Shown piece after piece: positions 26,141 to 37,856 of a stretch of DNA of 64,000 nt (its first letter is position 1; every line of letters begins with the position of its first letter). The DNA is taken from NCBI RefSeq assembly GCF_963921235.1, contig NC_086100.1, forward strand, positions 201,440,001 to 201,504,000, written 5' to 3'. A program made the position numbers and the translations under genes. Under the pieces are notes generated by a model. That model was given only the letters and a program-made list of their open reading frames with translations, was not told the DNA's origin and searched no databases. Origin of the DNA: Mobula hypostoma (taxonomy: Eukaryota).

Positions 26141-26866
26141 AATTTCAACATGGCAAGATTATTACTCTTTTGATTCAACTTTTTAATTTAGTACCTTGCT
26201 GCTTAAATTTCTTCAGCAGAACCTGTTTTCTTATTCTACCTACATTGTTGGTACCCACTTAAATGACAACAAAGGCCAGGTGAGATCCCCCTAAAAGCAA
26301 TATGAGATGCCCTGAACCGAGGCACCTGCCAGGCAACACAGTCAATCCTTCCTGCAGAGACTTCAGGAAGGAGAAGCAGGGCAAACGTGCTAATCTACAT
26401 GGGGAAGGTAAGCAGTGGACAGAGTCAGCACTTCCTGGGCATTAAAATATCAGATGAACTTTCCTAGGTCCAGCTCATAAGGAAAGCAAATCAGAGTCTA
26501 CTTTCTCTGGAGCTTAAGGAGGTTTGGCTTTCCCACACCACCAGGTTCAGGAACAGTTATTACCCTACCACATCAATCTCCTGAATCAACGAGGATAGCT
26601 TCAGTCAGTACAATTCTCAACTGATTCCGCAAAGTGCAGACTCACTTTCAAGGACTCCACAACTCGTGTTCTCAGTGTTAGTTAGTTAGTTGCTATTTAT
26701 TTATTTATTTATTGGTGGGGGGGCGGTTTTTGTATTTGCAGTGTGTCTTTTACACACTGGTTGCTTGTCAGTCTTTGTGTGTAGTTTTTCATTGATTCTG
26801 CTGCATTTCTTTGTTTTACGTACATACTTTGATACTTCTATTTGATTGTTTAATTTATTCTTTCAG

Positions 26867-27044
26867 GCTTCAGCCAGCACAGGTCTTCAGCAGCTGCAGC
26901 AAAGATTCCTTGGAGCGAAGTCTAGCTCGTGGTGTTGGGATATGCCTCTATAACCTACCTGATCCCAGTTTGTTGGTTCAAGGACCAAAATGTGGAAATT
27001 TCTATGTAGATGTAGGTGAAGAATGTGACTGTGGAAAGCCTGAG
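26867..27044 (+). CDS. ADAM15-like exon: end of metalloprotease domain and start of disintegrin domain
   Basis: tctttcAG|...|GTaggt, 178 nt, phase 2 to 0. (R)LQPAQVFSSCSKDSLERSLARGVGICLYNLPDPSLLVQGPKCGNFYVDVGEECDCGKPE. Confidence 0.95.
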
Positions 27045-27564
27045 GTAGGTAATGGTAGATCAGTTTATTATGATCGCATGTACTTGTCTTTTACTTGCAC
27101 CCAAGAAGCCTTTGTATTTAATAGTATTTTTAATTTTTTCCTCCTATAATCCAATATTAGCCATTTTCAGTTGCAGTTTTGTGTTTTAAAGCGTTATTAG
27201 ATGGTTATAAAACAAATAAAACTGCAGATACTGGAAGCTTGTTTTTGGCATGTATGATTACAAAGAATCCCAAGGCACTTTATGTGTATACAGTGCCTAT
27301 AAAAAGTATTCACTCCCCCCTTGGAAGTTTTCATGTTTTATTGTTTTACAACATTGAATCACAGTGGAATTAATTTGGCTTTTTTGACACTGATCAATAG
27401 AAAAGACTCTCTCATGTCAAAGTGAAAACAAATTTCTACAAATTGGTCTAAATTTATTACAAAATAATTGATTGCATAATTACTCACCCCTTTCAAGCCA
27501 GTATTTAGCAGATGCACCTTTGGTAGCGTTTACAACCTTGAGTCTGTGTGGATAGGTCTCTTCA

Positions 27565-27970
27565 AACAACACACACAAAAAATGCTGGTGAACACAGCAG
27601 GCCAGGCAGCATCTATAGGAAGAGGTACAGTCAACATTTCATGCCGAGATCCTTCGTCAGCACTAACTGAAAGAAGAGATAGTAAGAGATTGAAAGTGGG
27701 AGGGGGCGGGGGAGATCCGAAACGATAGGAGAAGACGGGGGGGAGGGGGTGAGGGATGGAGCTAAGAGCTGGAAAGTTGATTGGCAAAAGGGATACGAGG
27801 CTGGAGAAGGGAGGGGATCATGGGATGGGAGGCCTAGGGAGAAAGAAAGGGGGAGGGGGGAAACCCAGAGTATGGGCAAGGAGTTATAGTGAGAGGGACA
27901 GAGGGAGAAAAAAGAGAGAGAGAATGAATGAATGAATCAATCAATCAATCAATAAAGAAAGAAAGAAATA
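27565..27970 (-). mobile_element. Penelope-type terminal fragment with decayed hammerhead motif
   Basis: Minus strand reads ctgacga-aggatctcggcat-gaaa-tgttgac. Purine-rich tract on +. A related copy lies at 25858-25994. Confidence 0.6.
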
Positions 27971-28027
27971 AGGGATGGGATCAGTTTTGCATATTGGACA
28001 CTGCAATTTTTCCTGATTCTTCATATA

Positions 28028-28480
28028 ACGAGTCTGTGGTAGCCAGTGCTATCATGTTTGCTTTTGTGCGCTGGGGCAGCAGGCTGAGGGTAGCAAACAC
28101 CAACAGAATCAACAAACTCATTCGTAAGGCCACTGATGTTGTGGGGGATGGAACTGGACTCTCTCACAGTGGTGTCTGAAAAGAGGATGCTGTCCAAGTT
28201 GCATGCCATCTTGGACAATGTGTCCCATCCACTACATAATGTACTGGGTGGGCACAGGAGTACATTCAGCCAGAGACTCATTCCATCAAGATGTAGCACA
28301 GAGCGTCATTGGAAGTCATTCCTGCCTGTGGCCATCAAACTTTACAACTCCTCCCTTGGAGGGTCAGACACCCTGAGCCAATAGGCTGGTCCTGGACTTA
28401 TTTCATAATTTACATATTACTATTTAACTATTTATTATTTATGGTGCAACTGTAATGAAAACCAGCTTCCCCCAGGATCC
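28028..28480 (+). mobile_element. Rex1-type LINE 3' end, same subfamily as 4620-5815
   Basis: Near-identical to about 5315-5790 (ELDSLTVVSEKRMLSKLHAIL...GGSDTLSQ). Confidence 0.92.
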
Positions 28481-28561
28481 ATTTCTTAATGCATGCATTA
28501 CTAAATGACAATAAAAGAGGACTGCGTGTCCTCATAATCTAAGCTAATAATCTAATCTAAC

Positions 28562-29070
28562 TTGGAGTGCTGTGTCCAGTTCTGGTCGCCTCACTATAGG
28601 AAGGATGTGGAAGCATTGGAAAGGGAACAGAGGAGATTTACCAGGATGCTGCCTGGTTTAGAGAGTATGCATTACGATCAGAGATTAAGGGAGCTAGGGC
28701 TTTACTCTCTGAAGAGAAGGAGGATGAAAGGAGACATGATAGAGGTATACAAGATATTAAGAGGAATAGATAGAGTGGACGTCCAGTGCCTCTTCCCCAG
28801 GGCACCACTGCTCAATACAAGAGGACATGGCTTTAAGGCAAGGGGTGGGAAGTTCAAGGGGGATATTAGAGGAAGGTTTTTTACTCAGAGAGTGGTTGGT
28901 GCGTGGAATGCACTGCCTGAGTCAGTGGTGGAGGCAGATACACTAGTGAAGTTTAAGAGACTACTAGACAGGTATATGGAGGAATTTAGGTGGAGAGGGG
29001 TTATATAGGAGGCAGGGTTTAAGGGTTGGCACAACATTGTGGGCCAAAGGGACTGTACTGTTCTATGTTA
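28562..29070 (+). mobile_element. CR1 3' fragment
   Basis: ECCVQFWSPHYRKDVEALE...FFTQRVVGAWNALP. Confidence 0.92.
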
Positions 29071-29099
29071 TATATATTTCCCCATCTCTTCCCCCAGGG

Positions 29100-29960
29100 T
29101 ATGGATATCCAATGTTTGCTGGTAGACTTTCTGGGAGCAACGGTACACAAGATCTTGGTCCCTAGGATGTCCTCATGGGCCATCCATAAGTGATTTCAGC
29201 TGGTGACAACCATGTTTCCCCTGTGGGGTAACCCTCATGTGGAATAGGGCTAGCGGTAGGACCTTCAACCAAGTGAGTCCAGTCTCTGCCGTTAGTTTAG
29301 CCAATTTACTCTTCAGAGTGCCATTGGCTCTTTCCACTATGCCAGCAGCCCATGGGTAGTGTACACAGTGGAATTGTTGCTTGATAGCTAGTTCATTACA
29401 TGCCTCTTCGTTTACTTTCGTCACAAAGTGTGGGCCACTGTCAGAACTCAGCATCTCTGGCAGGCTGTACCTGCGAATTATATCCGCAATAATACCTTCA
29501 CAACAGTCAGCAGTATCATTGGTAGTTGGATTAGCTTCAATCCATCTACTAAACACACCTATAATAACTAAGCATATCTATAGCAATGTACGCTAGGCAA
29601 TTCAATAAAATCAACTTGTAGACACGAAAAAGGTTTACCTGACAAGGGAGTCAAACGCGGTGTGCAGGGTACAGGTTACCAACCATTCCCTCCTTTTCCA
29701 GGTGTGTACAATTATGTATATAATCGACCAATATTGGTAAAATCTGTGTAGAAACACAAACCTGTCCCGCTGGGGTGATCCGAAAACCTAGGTCGTGGTC
29801 TTTCTGGCACTCTATCTGGGACCACAGAGGCATCCCCCTGAAAAGTATGTACCTCCCACATGTCTGGCAAACCTGTTCTGCTTAAGTCACAGAGGGTTGC
29901 TTGACGGGAACCCGAGGGGACTACAACTACCGAGGATTGTGCCACAGTTTTTGCTGTCTT
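29100..29960 (-). pseudogene. pol: ERV integrase remnant
   Basis: YIHNCTH, LQVDFIEL, FSRWIEA, LSSDSGPHF, GIVERANGTLKSKLAK. The D,D,E residues are visible, with frameshifts. Confidence 0.9.
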
Positions 29961-29971
29961 ATCTCCTAAAG

Positions 29972-30583
29972 CAGTGGTCCCCAACCTCTGGGCATAGCAT
30001 GCAGGGGTGCAGCAGTAGTCAGAGCGCACCCAGCATATCTTTAAGATAAAAGCTGAAATAAACAAGCTAATTAATTAGGTGCTGCCCAGAAGCCAGTCTT
30101 CATTAGAGGAACTGAGATGAAGAGGGTCAATAACTTTAAATTCCTCGGCATTAAGGATCGACGTTTCTCTCTCTGAAAAGTGTCAGATGATCTGTCCTGG
30201 GACCAGCACGTAACGGTCATTACAAAGAAAGCACGGCAGCGCCTATACTTTATTAGAAGTTTGTGTAGATTCAACATGTCACCTTGATCCTGACAGCCCT
30301 GTCTTTTCAGCCTGTCTGGGCTGGTGTTTAAATTGGCCAAACAATGGAAGAGCTAAAGGCTCCAGCGCCCTGGAAAGAGAAGTGAACATCGCGTAGAGCA
30401 AGTGAAATCGGCAATCACCTCTGATCTGGGCCGACATTTATGTGCTGGGTGGCACCTAATTAATTAGTTTGTTTATTTTGGCTTTTTTTTTAAAGATGTG
30501 CTGGGTGCGCTCTGGCTACCACTGCACCCCTGCAGGCTTCGCGGCCCGGTATCGGTTCATGGCCCAGAGGTTGGGGACGACTG
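29972..30583. mobile_element. hAT-type MITE inserted into ERV RNase H, carrying a Rex1-type fragment
   Basis: TIRs cagtggtccccaacctctgggc and gcccagaggttggggacgactg. 8-bp TSD tcctaaag/tgctaaag. Long subterminal inverted repeats. Confidence 0.88.
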
Positions 30584-30589
30584 TGCTAA

Positions 30590-31085
30590 AGCATTGCCTT
30601 TAGTGACCCAGTCGGACATGCGGGTGTGGGCCGCACTTAATAATAGCCATAACTCGAGGTAGCTGTAGAGCGGTGAGTAAGTTGTTTACAAAGGTGGAAT
30701 TACTAATGGGGTGACCAGAGGAAGTCAGGAATCCCCAATGTTCCCAGACAGCCCCATAGAATGTACAATTCCAAATGCATAAAGGGAGTCTGTGTAAACG
30801 TTCGCACTTTTGTCTGTTGTTAGGATAGAGGCACGAGTCAGAGCAATTAGCTCAACGTTCTGGGCTGTGACTGCTGCTTCAAAAGAGACCTGCTCAACTA
30901 CGTCACTGTCCGTCACTATTGCATAGCCAGAACATCGTTTCCCTGCTGGATCCTCAAAAGAGCTTCCATCCTCATAAAACGTTGCCTCGGGCTTGAGGGG
31001 GTATGGCAGAATGGATGGGAGAGTCTGTCCTTCTTTCACAGTGATCCGGACAGTGGGGGGGGGTGCAGTTGGTGTGACTGACTTC
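30590..31085 (-). pseudogene. pol: ERV RT N-terminus fused directly to RNase H
   Basis: VRITVKEGQTLPSILPYPLKPEA|TFYEDGSS...SGYAIV...AQNVELIALTRA...NVYTDSLYAFGIVH. Confidence 0.85.
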
Positions 31086-31099
31086 ATGGCCTGAAATTG

Positions 31100-31535
31100 C
31101 CCAGAGATGGGGTCATTGTCGTGGCTATCCCTCGAGGTCAAGGATGATGGTCTTCGTTCTGAAGAAGTGGCCCACAAGAGCAAAGACGCCCGTGCGTGTA
31201 TTTGTTTAACGTGTACTTGATGTTGCACTCCAAGAAGCACACAATACTTCACAAATCAACCCACTGATTCCAATGGCATGGAAACCATGACGATTGGAGC
31301 TGATAGATTTGTTGCAGCCTTCATCCGCCTTCATAGCCGTTGAGTTCGAAGTAACTTCGTCTGCCTGTTCCACCGTTGAGGTCTTGGTTGGATTGTTCTT
31401 TGTCAGGGACCTCACCCTCGACCTTACCACCATGGGTGACCCTACCAGGAGCATAGCTCCAGACAGCATTATTCTCGGGATCACAGGACCACACAAGCTT
31501 CTCCACCGCAACAAGGTGACAATCCACGGAGAAGA
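31100..31535 (-). mobile_element. RTE/Expander-like 5'UTR-derived insertion
   Basis: Minus strand starts gtcaccttgttgcggtggagaagcttgtgtgg...ctcctggtagggtcacccatgg. A related sequence lies on + at about 54435-54880. Confidence 0.5.
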
Positions 31536-31639
31536 AAGATGGGGTACAACATCTCGGGTTCGGTCAATATTAAAAGAATGTCTTACCAGATGTCCCATCT
31601 TCACCTCAGGTTTCTTCCAGTATCAGAGTCGGCCTGCAG

Positions 31640-32010
31640 CCAAGTCTCGCCAGTCTCCCTCGGTGCTGGAGGCTTGTTTCGTCAGGGTGTAGGCAAGGAA
31701 CCCTAGGCTCTTTGGCTTGAACCCAGGGTAAACCCTAACGGTGGTATGGGGAACCACTAGTCTTGTCTGTCGCCAAAGGAAATCTGGAACTTCAGCCAGT
31801 AATGCACTGTCCTCTCTTCCTTTAACCTCCCCAGTCACCGTGACTGGGAACTTCTGTCCCTCAGGGGGTGCATAATATAATATTGGCTTTCCTCAGTTGG
31901 GCACCCCGTAGGGCCATAGCACAGGGTCACATGAGGGGCGATCGCTAGCAGAGGGGGTTCAAACGAGGTGGAGTCCAGATTAAGTGCCCACCACTGGGAG
32001 GGGTCGGATT
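31640..32010 (-). pseudogene. ERV 2H-phosphoesterase-like domain between protease and RT
   Basis: Two HxT motifs, PHVTL (about 31922-31936) and PHTTV (about 31737-31751), roughly 60 codons apart with one frameshift, followed by PKSLG. Confidence 0.65.
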
Positions 32011-32024
32011 CTGGAGAAGCTGTC

Positions 32025-35000
32025 AGTTGTGTCATGTCAGCACAAATAACATGGGGAAGAAGAGGAAAGACATTCTACAGCGTGACTTCAGAGAACTTGG
32101 AAGAAGGCTGAAAAGCAGGACTTCCAGGCTGGTTATCTCCGGTTTGCTTCCAGTTCCTTATGCTGGAGTGGGCAAGAACAGGGAGATAATGGATCTGAAT
32201 GCATGGCTGAGGAACTGGTGCAGGAAGCAAGGATTTACATTCTTGGACCACTGGGGTATGTTTCGGGTAAGGATGAATTGTACAAAAGGGATGGGTTGCA
32301 CCCTAATAAGCGGGACACCAGCATTCTGGCAGGCAGGTTTGCCTCTGCAACACGGGTGTATTTAAACTAAGTAGTGGGGGGGAGGGGACGAACTGGAAAC
32401 ATAAGGATGGAGATAAAGGGAAAGTGAGAATAAGAAAAGTTAAGAATGACAGCAGAATCAACAGAGCAGAAAGCTCAAGAAGGGATCGTGCATTATGGCC
32501 AAGTGAAATAGGAATTGATATGGGAGGTGAGGGAAGTAATGAATTAAAAGTATTGTATGTGAATGCACGGAGTATAAGAAATAAAGTGGATGAGCTTGAG
32601 GCTCAGTTGGAAATTGGTAAGTATGATGTTGTGGGAATCACAGAGACATGGCTTCAAGTGGACAGGGCCTGGGAAATGAATATTCAAGGTTATACGTCCT
32701 ATCGAAAGGACAGACTGATGGGCAGAGGGGGTGGGGTGGCTCTGTTGATGAGGAATGATATTCAGTCCCTTGCGAGGGGGGACATAGAATCAGGAGACGT
32801 AGAGTCAGTATGGATAGAACTGAGAAATTCTGAGGGTAGAAAGACCCTAATGGGAGTTATCTACAGGCCCCCAAACAGAAGTCTGGATGTAGGGTATAAG
32901 TTGAATCAAGAGTTAAAATTGGCATGTCGCAAAGGTAATGCTACAGTTGTTATGGGGGATTTCAACATGTGGGTAGACTGGAGGAATCAGGTTGGTACTG
33001 GACCCCAAGAAAGGGAGTTTGTGGAGTCCCTCCAAGATGGATTCTTAGAACAGCTTGTACTGGAGTCTACCAGAGAGAATGCAATTCTAGATTTAGTATT
33101 GTGCAATGAACCAGATTTGATCAGGGACCTCGAGGTAAAGGAGCCATTAGGAGGTAAGTTTTAATCTACAATTTGAGAGGGAGAAGGGAAACTCGGAAGT
33201 GTCAGTATTACAGTTGAACAAAGGGAACTATGGTGCTATGAGGGAGCAGCTGGCCAAAGTTCAATGGAACAATACCCTCGCAGGGATGACAATGGAACAG
33301 CAATGGCAAGTGTTTCTGGGAATAATGCAGAAGGTGCAGGAACCGTTCATTCCAAAGAGGAAGAAAGATCCTAAGGGGAGTAAGGGGATGCTGTGGCTGA
33401 CAAGGGCAGTAATGGACAATATAAAAATAAAAGAGAAGTATAACATAGCAAAGACGAATGGGAAGCCGGAGGATTGGGAAACTTTTAAAGAGCAACAGAA
33501 GGTAACTAAAAAGGCAATACACGGAGAAAAAATGAGGTACGAAGGTAAACTAGCCAAGAATATAAAGGAGGATAGTAAAAGCTTCTTTAGGTATGTGAAA
33601 AGGAAAAAAATAGTTACGACCAAAATTGGGCCCTTGAAGACAGAAACGGGTGAATTTATTATGGGGAACAAGGAAATGGCAGACGAGTTGAACAGGTACT
33701 TCGGATCTGTCTTCACTAGGGAAGACACAAACAATCTCCCAGATATAATAGTGGCCAAAGGACCTAGGGTAATGGATGAATTGAAGGAAATTTATATTAG
33801 ACAGGAAATGGTGTTGGATAGACTGTTGGGTCTGAAGGCTGATAATCCCCAGGACCTGATGGTCTGCATCCCAGGGTACTTAAGGAGGTGGCTTTAGAAA
33901 TCGTGGATGCATTGGTAATCATTTTCCAATGTTCTATAGATTCAGGCTCAGTTCCAGTGGATTGGAGGGTGGCTAATGTTGTTCCTCTCCTCAAGAAGGG
34001 GAGGAAGAGAGAAAACAGGAATTATAGACTGGTTAGCTTGATGTCGGTGGTGGGAAAGATGTTGGAGTCAATTATAAAAGATGAAATTACAACACATCTG
34101 GATAGCAGTAGCAGGATCGGTCCGTGTCAGCATGGATTTACAAAGGGGAAATCATGCTTGACTAATCTTCTGGAATTTTTTGAGGATGTAACTATGAAAA
34201 TGGACAAGGGAGAGCCAGTGGATGTAGTGTACCCGGACTTTCAGAAAGCCTTTGATAAAGTTCCACATAGGAGATTAGTGGGCAAAATTAGGGCACATGG
34301 TATTGGGGGCAGACTACTGACATGGATTGAAAATTGGCTGGCTGACAGAAAACAAAGAGTAGCGATTAACGGGTCCCTTTCGGAATGGCAGGCAGTGACC
34401 AGTGGGGTACTGCAGGGTTCAGTGCTGGGACCGCAGCTATTTACAATATATATTAATGATTTAGATGAGGGAATTAAAAGTAACATTAGCAAATTTGCTG
34501 ATAACAGAAAGCTGGGTGGCAGTGTGAAATGTGAGGAGGATGTTATGAGAATGTAGGGTGACTTGGACAGGCTGGGTGAGTGGGCAGATGCATGGCAGAT
34601 ACAGTTTAATGTGGATAAATGTGAGGTTATCCACTTTGGTGGTAAAAACAGGAAGGCAGATTATTATCTAAATGGAGTCAAGTTAGGAAAAGGGGAAGCA
34701 CAACGAGATCTAGGTGTTCTTGTACATCAGTCACTGAAAGCAAGCATGCAAGTACAGCAGGCAGTGAAGAAAGCTAATGGCATGCTAGTCTTCATAACAA
34801 TGGGAGTTGAGTATAAGAGCAAAGAGGTCCTTCTGCAGCTATACAGGGCCCTGGTGAGACCACACCTGGAGTACTGTGTGCAGTTTTGGTCTCCAAGTTT
34901 GAGGAAGGACATTCTTGCTATTGAGGGAGTGCAGCGTAGGTTCTCAAGGTTAATTCCCGGGATGGCGGGACTGTCATATGTTGAAAGATTGGAGCGTCTG

Positions 35001-35420
35001 GGCTTGTATACGCTGGAATTTAGAAGGCTGAGAGGGGATCTTATTGAAACATATAAGATTATTAAGGGATTGGACACGCTGCAGGCAGGAAGCGTGTTCC
35101 CGCTGATGGGTGAGTCCAGAACCAAAGGCCACAGTTTAAGAATAAGGGATAGGCCATTTAGAACGGAGCTGAGGAAAAATTTTTTCACACAGAGAGTGGT
35201 GGATATGTGGAATGCTCTGCCCCAGAAGGCAGTGGAGGCCAAGTCTCTGGATGTTTTCAAGAAAGAGATGGATAGAGCTCTTAAAGATAGCGGAATCAAA
35301 GGTTATGGGGATAAGGCAGGAACTGGATACTGATTGTGGATGATGAGCCATGATCACAGTGAATGGAGGTGCTGGCTCGAAGGGCCGAATGGCCTACTCC
35401 TGCACCTATTGTCTATTGTT
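32025..35420 (+). mobile_element. Long CR1 LINE (ORF1 esterase end plus full-span ORF2) inserted in ERV pro-pol
   Basis: VISGLLPVP...GFTFLDHW (ORF1). APE endonuclease YVNARSI, ITETW, GVIYRPP, MGDFN, LDLVL. RT NYRLVSL, QHGF, DFQKAFDKV, QGSVLGP, KFADN. ORF2 is broken into four pieces. Confidence 0.96.
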
Positions 35421-35424
35421 CGCT

Positions 35425-35780
35425 AGTCCCAGGGTGATACCCTTGTCCGTGCATAGAATCTCAACTTCTAACGGGCAGAGCAAGTCTCTCCCTGCTAGAT
35501 TACACTCCAGACTAGTGGTGACTGTAAATGAAACCTCACACTGGTTCCTCTGAAATTCCACCTGCAGTGGCTGAGTATGTGAATAGGATGTTCTGTGCCT
35601 TCGAACCCAGACAGAGTTGCATCTGATAGCTGGAATCCCTTTTCCAATACTATTTCCTGATTGAGAGTGGATGCGGTTGCCCCTGTATCAATCATAAAAG
35701 GAATTGGAATTCCAGCAACTTGCAATATTACATTGGACTCTACCTGAGGGGTGGTACTCATGGTAGGGGGCATCCTTGCT
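35425..35780 (-). pseudogene. pro: ERV aspartic protease
   Basis: IPFMIDTGATASTL catalytic DTG motif, with a downstream frameshift. Confidence 0.9.
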
Positions 35781-35789
35781 TATCAATTT

Positions 35790-37575
35790 CTAAACGGGTT
35801 GTGGGCACAGAATGCAGTCGTTGTCCCCCCTGTCCCTTGGTAGGTTTTTGTTCCCATGGGCACCTCGCCCTCCAGTGCCCATAACATTCACAATTGAAGC
35901 ACACCCCACTTGGTCCGGGGTTGGCCCCCCCATACCCATGGCCTGTCTGTGATAATGATCCACGGTGGGCCAGGCCTACCATTCCTAGAATCCTGACGGT
36001 TGAGTGGAAGCCGTTGGGCTAGCATTCTATTGGGTCCTGTCCAATAAGAGTCCGGGTTATCAGGGTACGGCCAATCGGGAAAATGATCCCAGTTCTGATC
36101 CCCAGATATAGCCCTCTTGCGTCCTTCATCCCACTGAACATATTCACCTTTAATATTAGTTCCCTTCGGGGTTGATCGGGATTCGAAAGTCGGGTCCCAG
36201 TAATATATCAAAGCTCGTCGCATTCGATTTCGGTCATTGTCAGGCCAATCCATTTTATTTGTTTTAATCATCTTGGCTAACTTAATTGGTAAGCATTGGA
36301 GCAGTAGGGCATTAAACTGGGGGGCGGATTCCCATTATTAAAGGCTAGGTCTCCTGCGAAAGTGCCGTAGCAGGCCACAAGTTGCTCCCGATAGTCTGAT
36401 CCCGATTCTCCAGGCTTAGGTTTGCATTCAAGTACTTTAGTGATGTTTACAGGTTACTGGAGAGCCCTTTCCAAGGCTTGAATACTCTGGTCTGTCTGTT
36501 CATTCTCATTATGGATTCCTGCCTGTAAATTCTGATAGGTTTGGTATCTTAATTCTGCCTTCCATTTCCACCCCTCTTCAGCTGAGAGAATCATGCAGCA
36601 GAGACTGAATAAATCTTGCATTTGTATAGTACTGCGGACATACTGAGCAAACTGTGCTGGTTTTTCTTTTCTATCTGGGGCCTGATTCACAATCATTATC
36701 ATTTCCTGAGGCTTCCAGGGTTCATACACAGGAACTACTGAGGGCTGTCCTTCCTCGGCTACTTGTGGACTGGGCAGCATTCGTGTGGGCAATTGTCTTG
36801 GTGGGTCCCTTAACTCTGGGGTTTTATTGGATTCTTCCCTCCCTTTCTTGGAATAATCCTCGGTATTCCCTTTCTGGATCTCAGGGTATAGGGACCTCTC
36901 TTTCCCTGCCACCACTGTTTTACCCAAGAGGCCACCGTATCTGAGTACTGGGAGGATTGGGGTTCGGCAGCACTGGGTGCACTTGGCCCCTGGTAAGGTG
37001 GGTGATACGGTGGGTGCCCACTCCTCATCACAGTCACTGTCCCCGAACAGGGTTGGTATGCCAGACATGGGTTCGGGATCCCTTGTTTCCCTATTAGTTC
37101 GAACTCTAGACTGACATTCCTGCCCTTCTCTCCGATCTAGGTCAGCCTTGGTTTGCTTACATTGTTTTTCCTGTTCCCATTTTTGGTGCCCATCCACCCA
37201 TTCACGCTCCTCCTTTAGCGTCTCCCAGCCTTTGGCGTTCCTTCTGCAGTACATACCTCTATCCCTTTGTCACACACGTTATCCCTCCAACTTGCTAATA
37301 ATGTACTGTTCCACTTTACACCTGCCTTTTCCTTCCATTCCCTTTTCAACAATTTCCACTTCTTTCCACAGTTCTTTTTCCATATCACATTTACTGCTTG
37401 TTCTCATGAGGTAATATCCTAGGCTCCCCCCCAGTGGCCATATTTTGTTCCCCAATTTCTTATTCAGCGCTGCACTTAATATTCGTAAATCTTTTCCCTT
37501 GTCTGGAAAACTCTCACACATACAGTGTAGGGCTGCTCCTGGCCCACTCATATCAGTCGACTGCAATTGACCCAT
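35790..37575 (-). pseudogene. gag: ERV gag, frameshifted
   Basis: MGQ start at 37575. Matrix-like WPLGGS, capsid-start-like VYEPWKPQEM, and a single zinc knuckle CFNCECYGHWRARC (CX2CX4HX4C). Confidence 0.88.
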
Positions 37576-37836
37576 GTTCTCTAAGTAATTTACCCGGCAC
37601 AAAGCCTCCTGCTCAATTAATAAAATTTGCCTACCTTATACAAGTCTCCCAGCAGATTCTTTCCCAATCCCGACAAAGTTATGCGATCAGCCTTGGGTAA
37701 GGGACCGTCCCTCCAAAGGAACTAACGGAGAGCGACAAAAGGTAAAATACCTATTGGGCGCCCGGTTGGTCTCCGCAGTCCCCAGAGTGGTCCAGCTGCT
37801 TACTCAGCCCGTCTGCTTGGCACTCCCTATATTGGG

Positions 37837-37854
37837 ATCCTGTTCATGATGCCA
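37837..37854 (-). promoter_or_regulatory. ERV primer-binding site, imperfect and tRNA-Lys-like
   Basis: tggcatcatgaacaggat, located 2 nt after the LTR's terminal CA. Confidence 0.75.
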
Positions 37855-37856
37855 AA

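Noticed and set aside
26811..27149. Stand-alone 112-aa ORF
   Set aside because: Only 26867-27044 is exonic and the flanks are intron read-through. The same applies to ORF 51674-51916.
32424..35333. Active autonomous CR1
   Set aside because: ORF2 is split into four pieces by stops and frameshifts, the RT motif reads FADN rather than FADD, and the 5' end is truncated.
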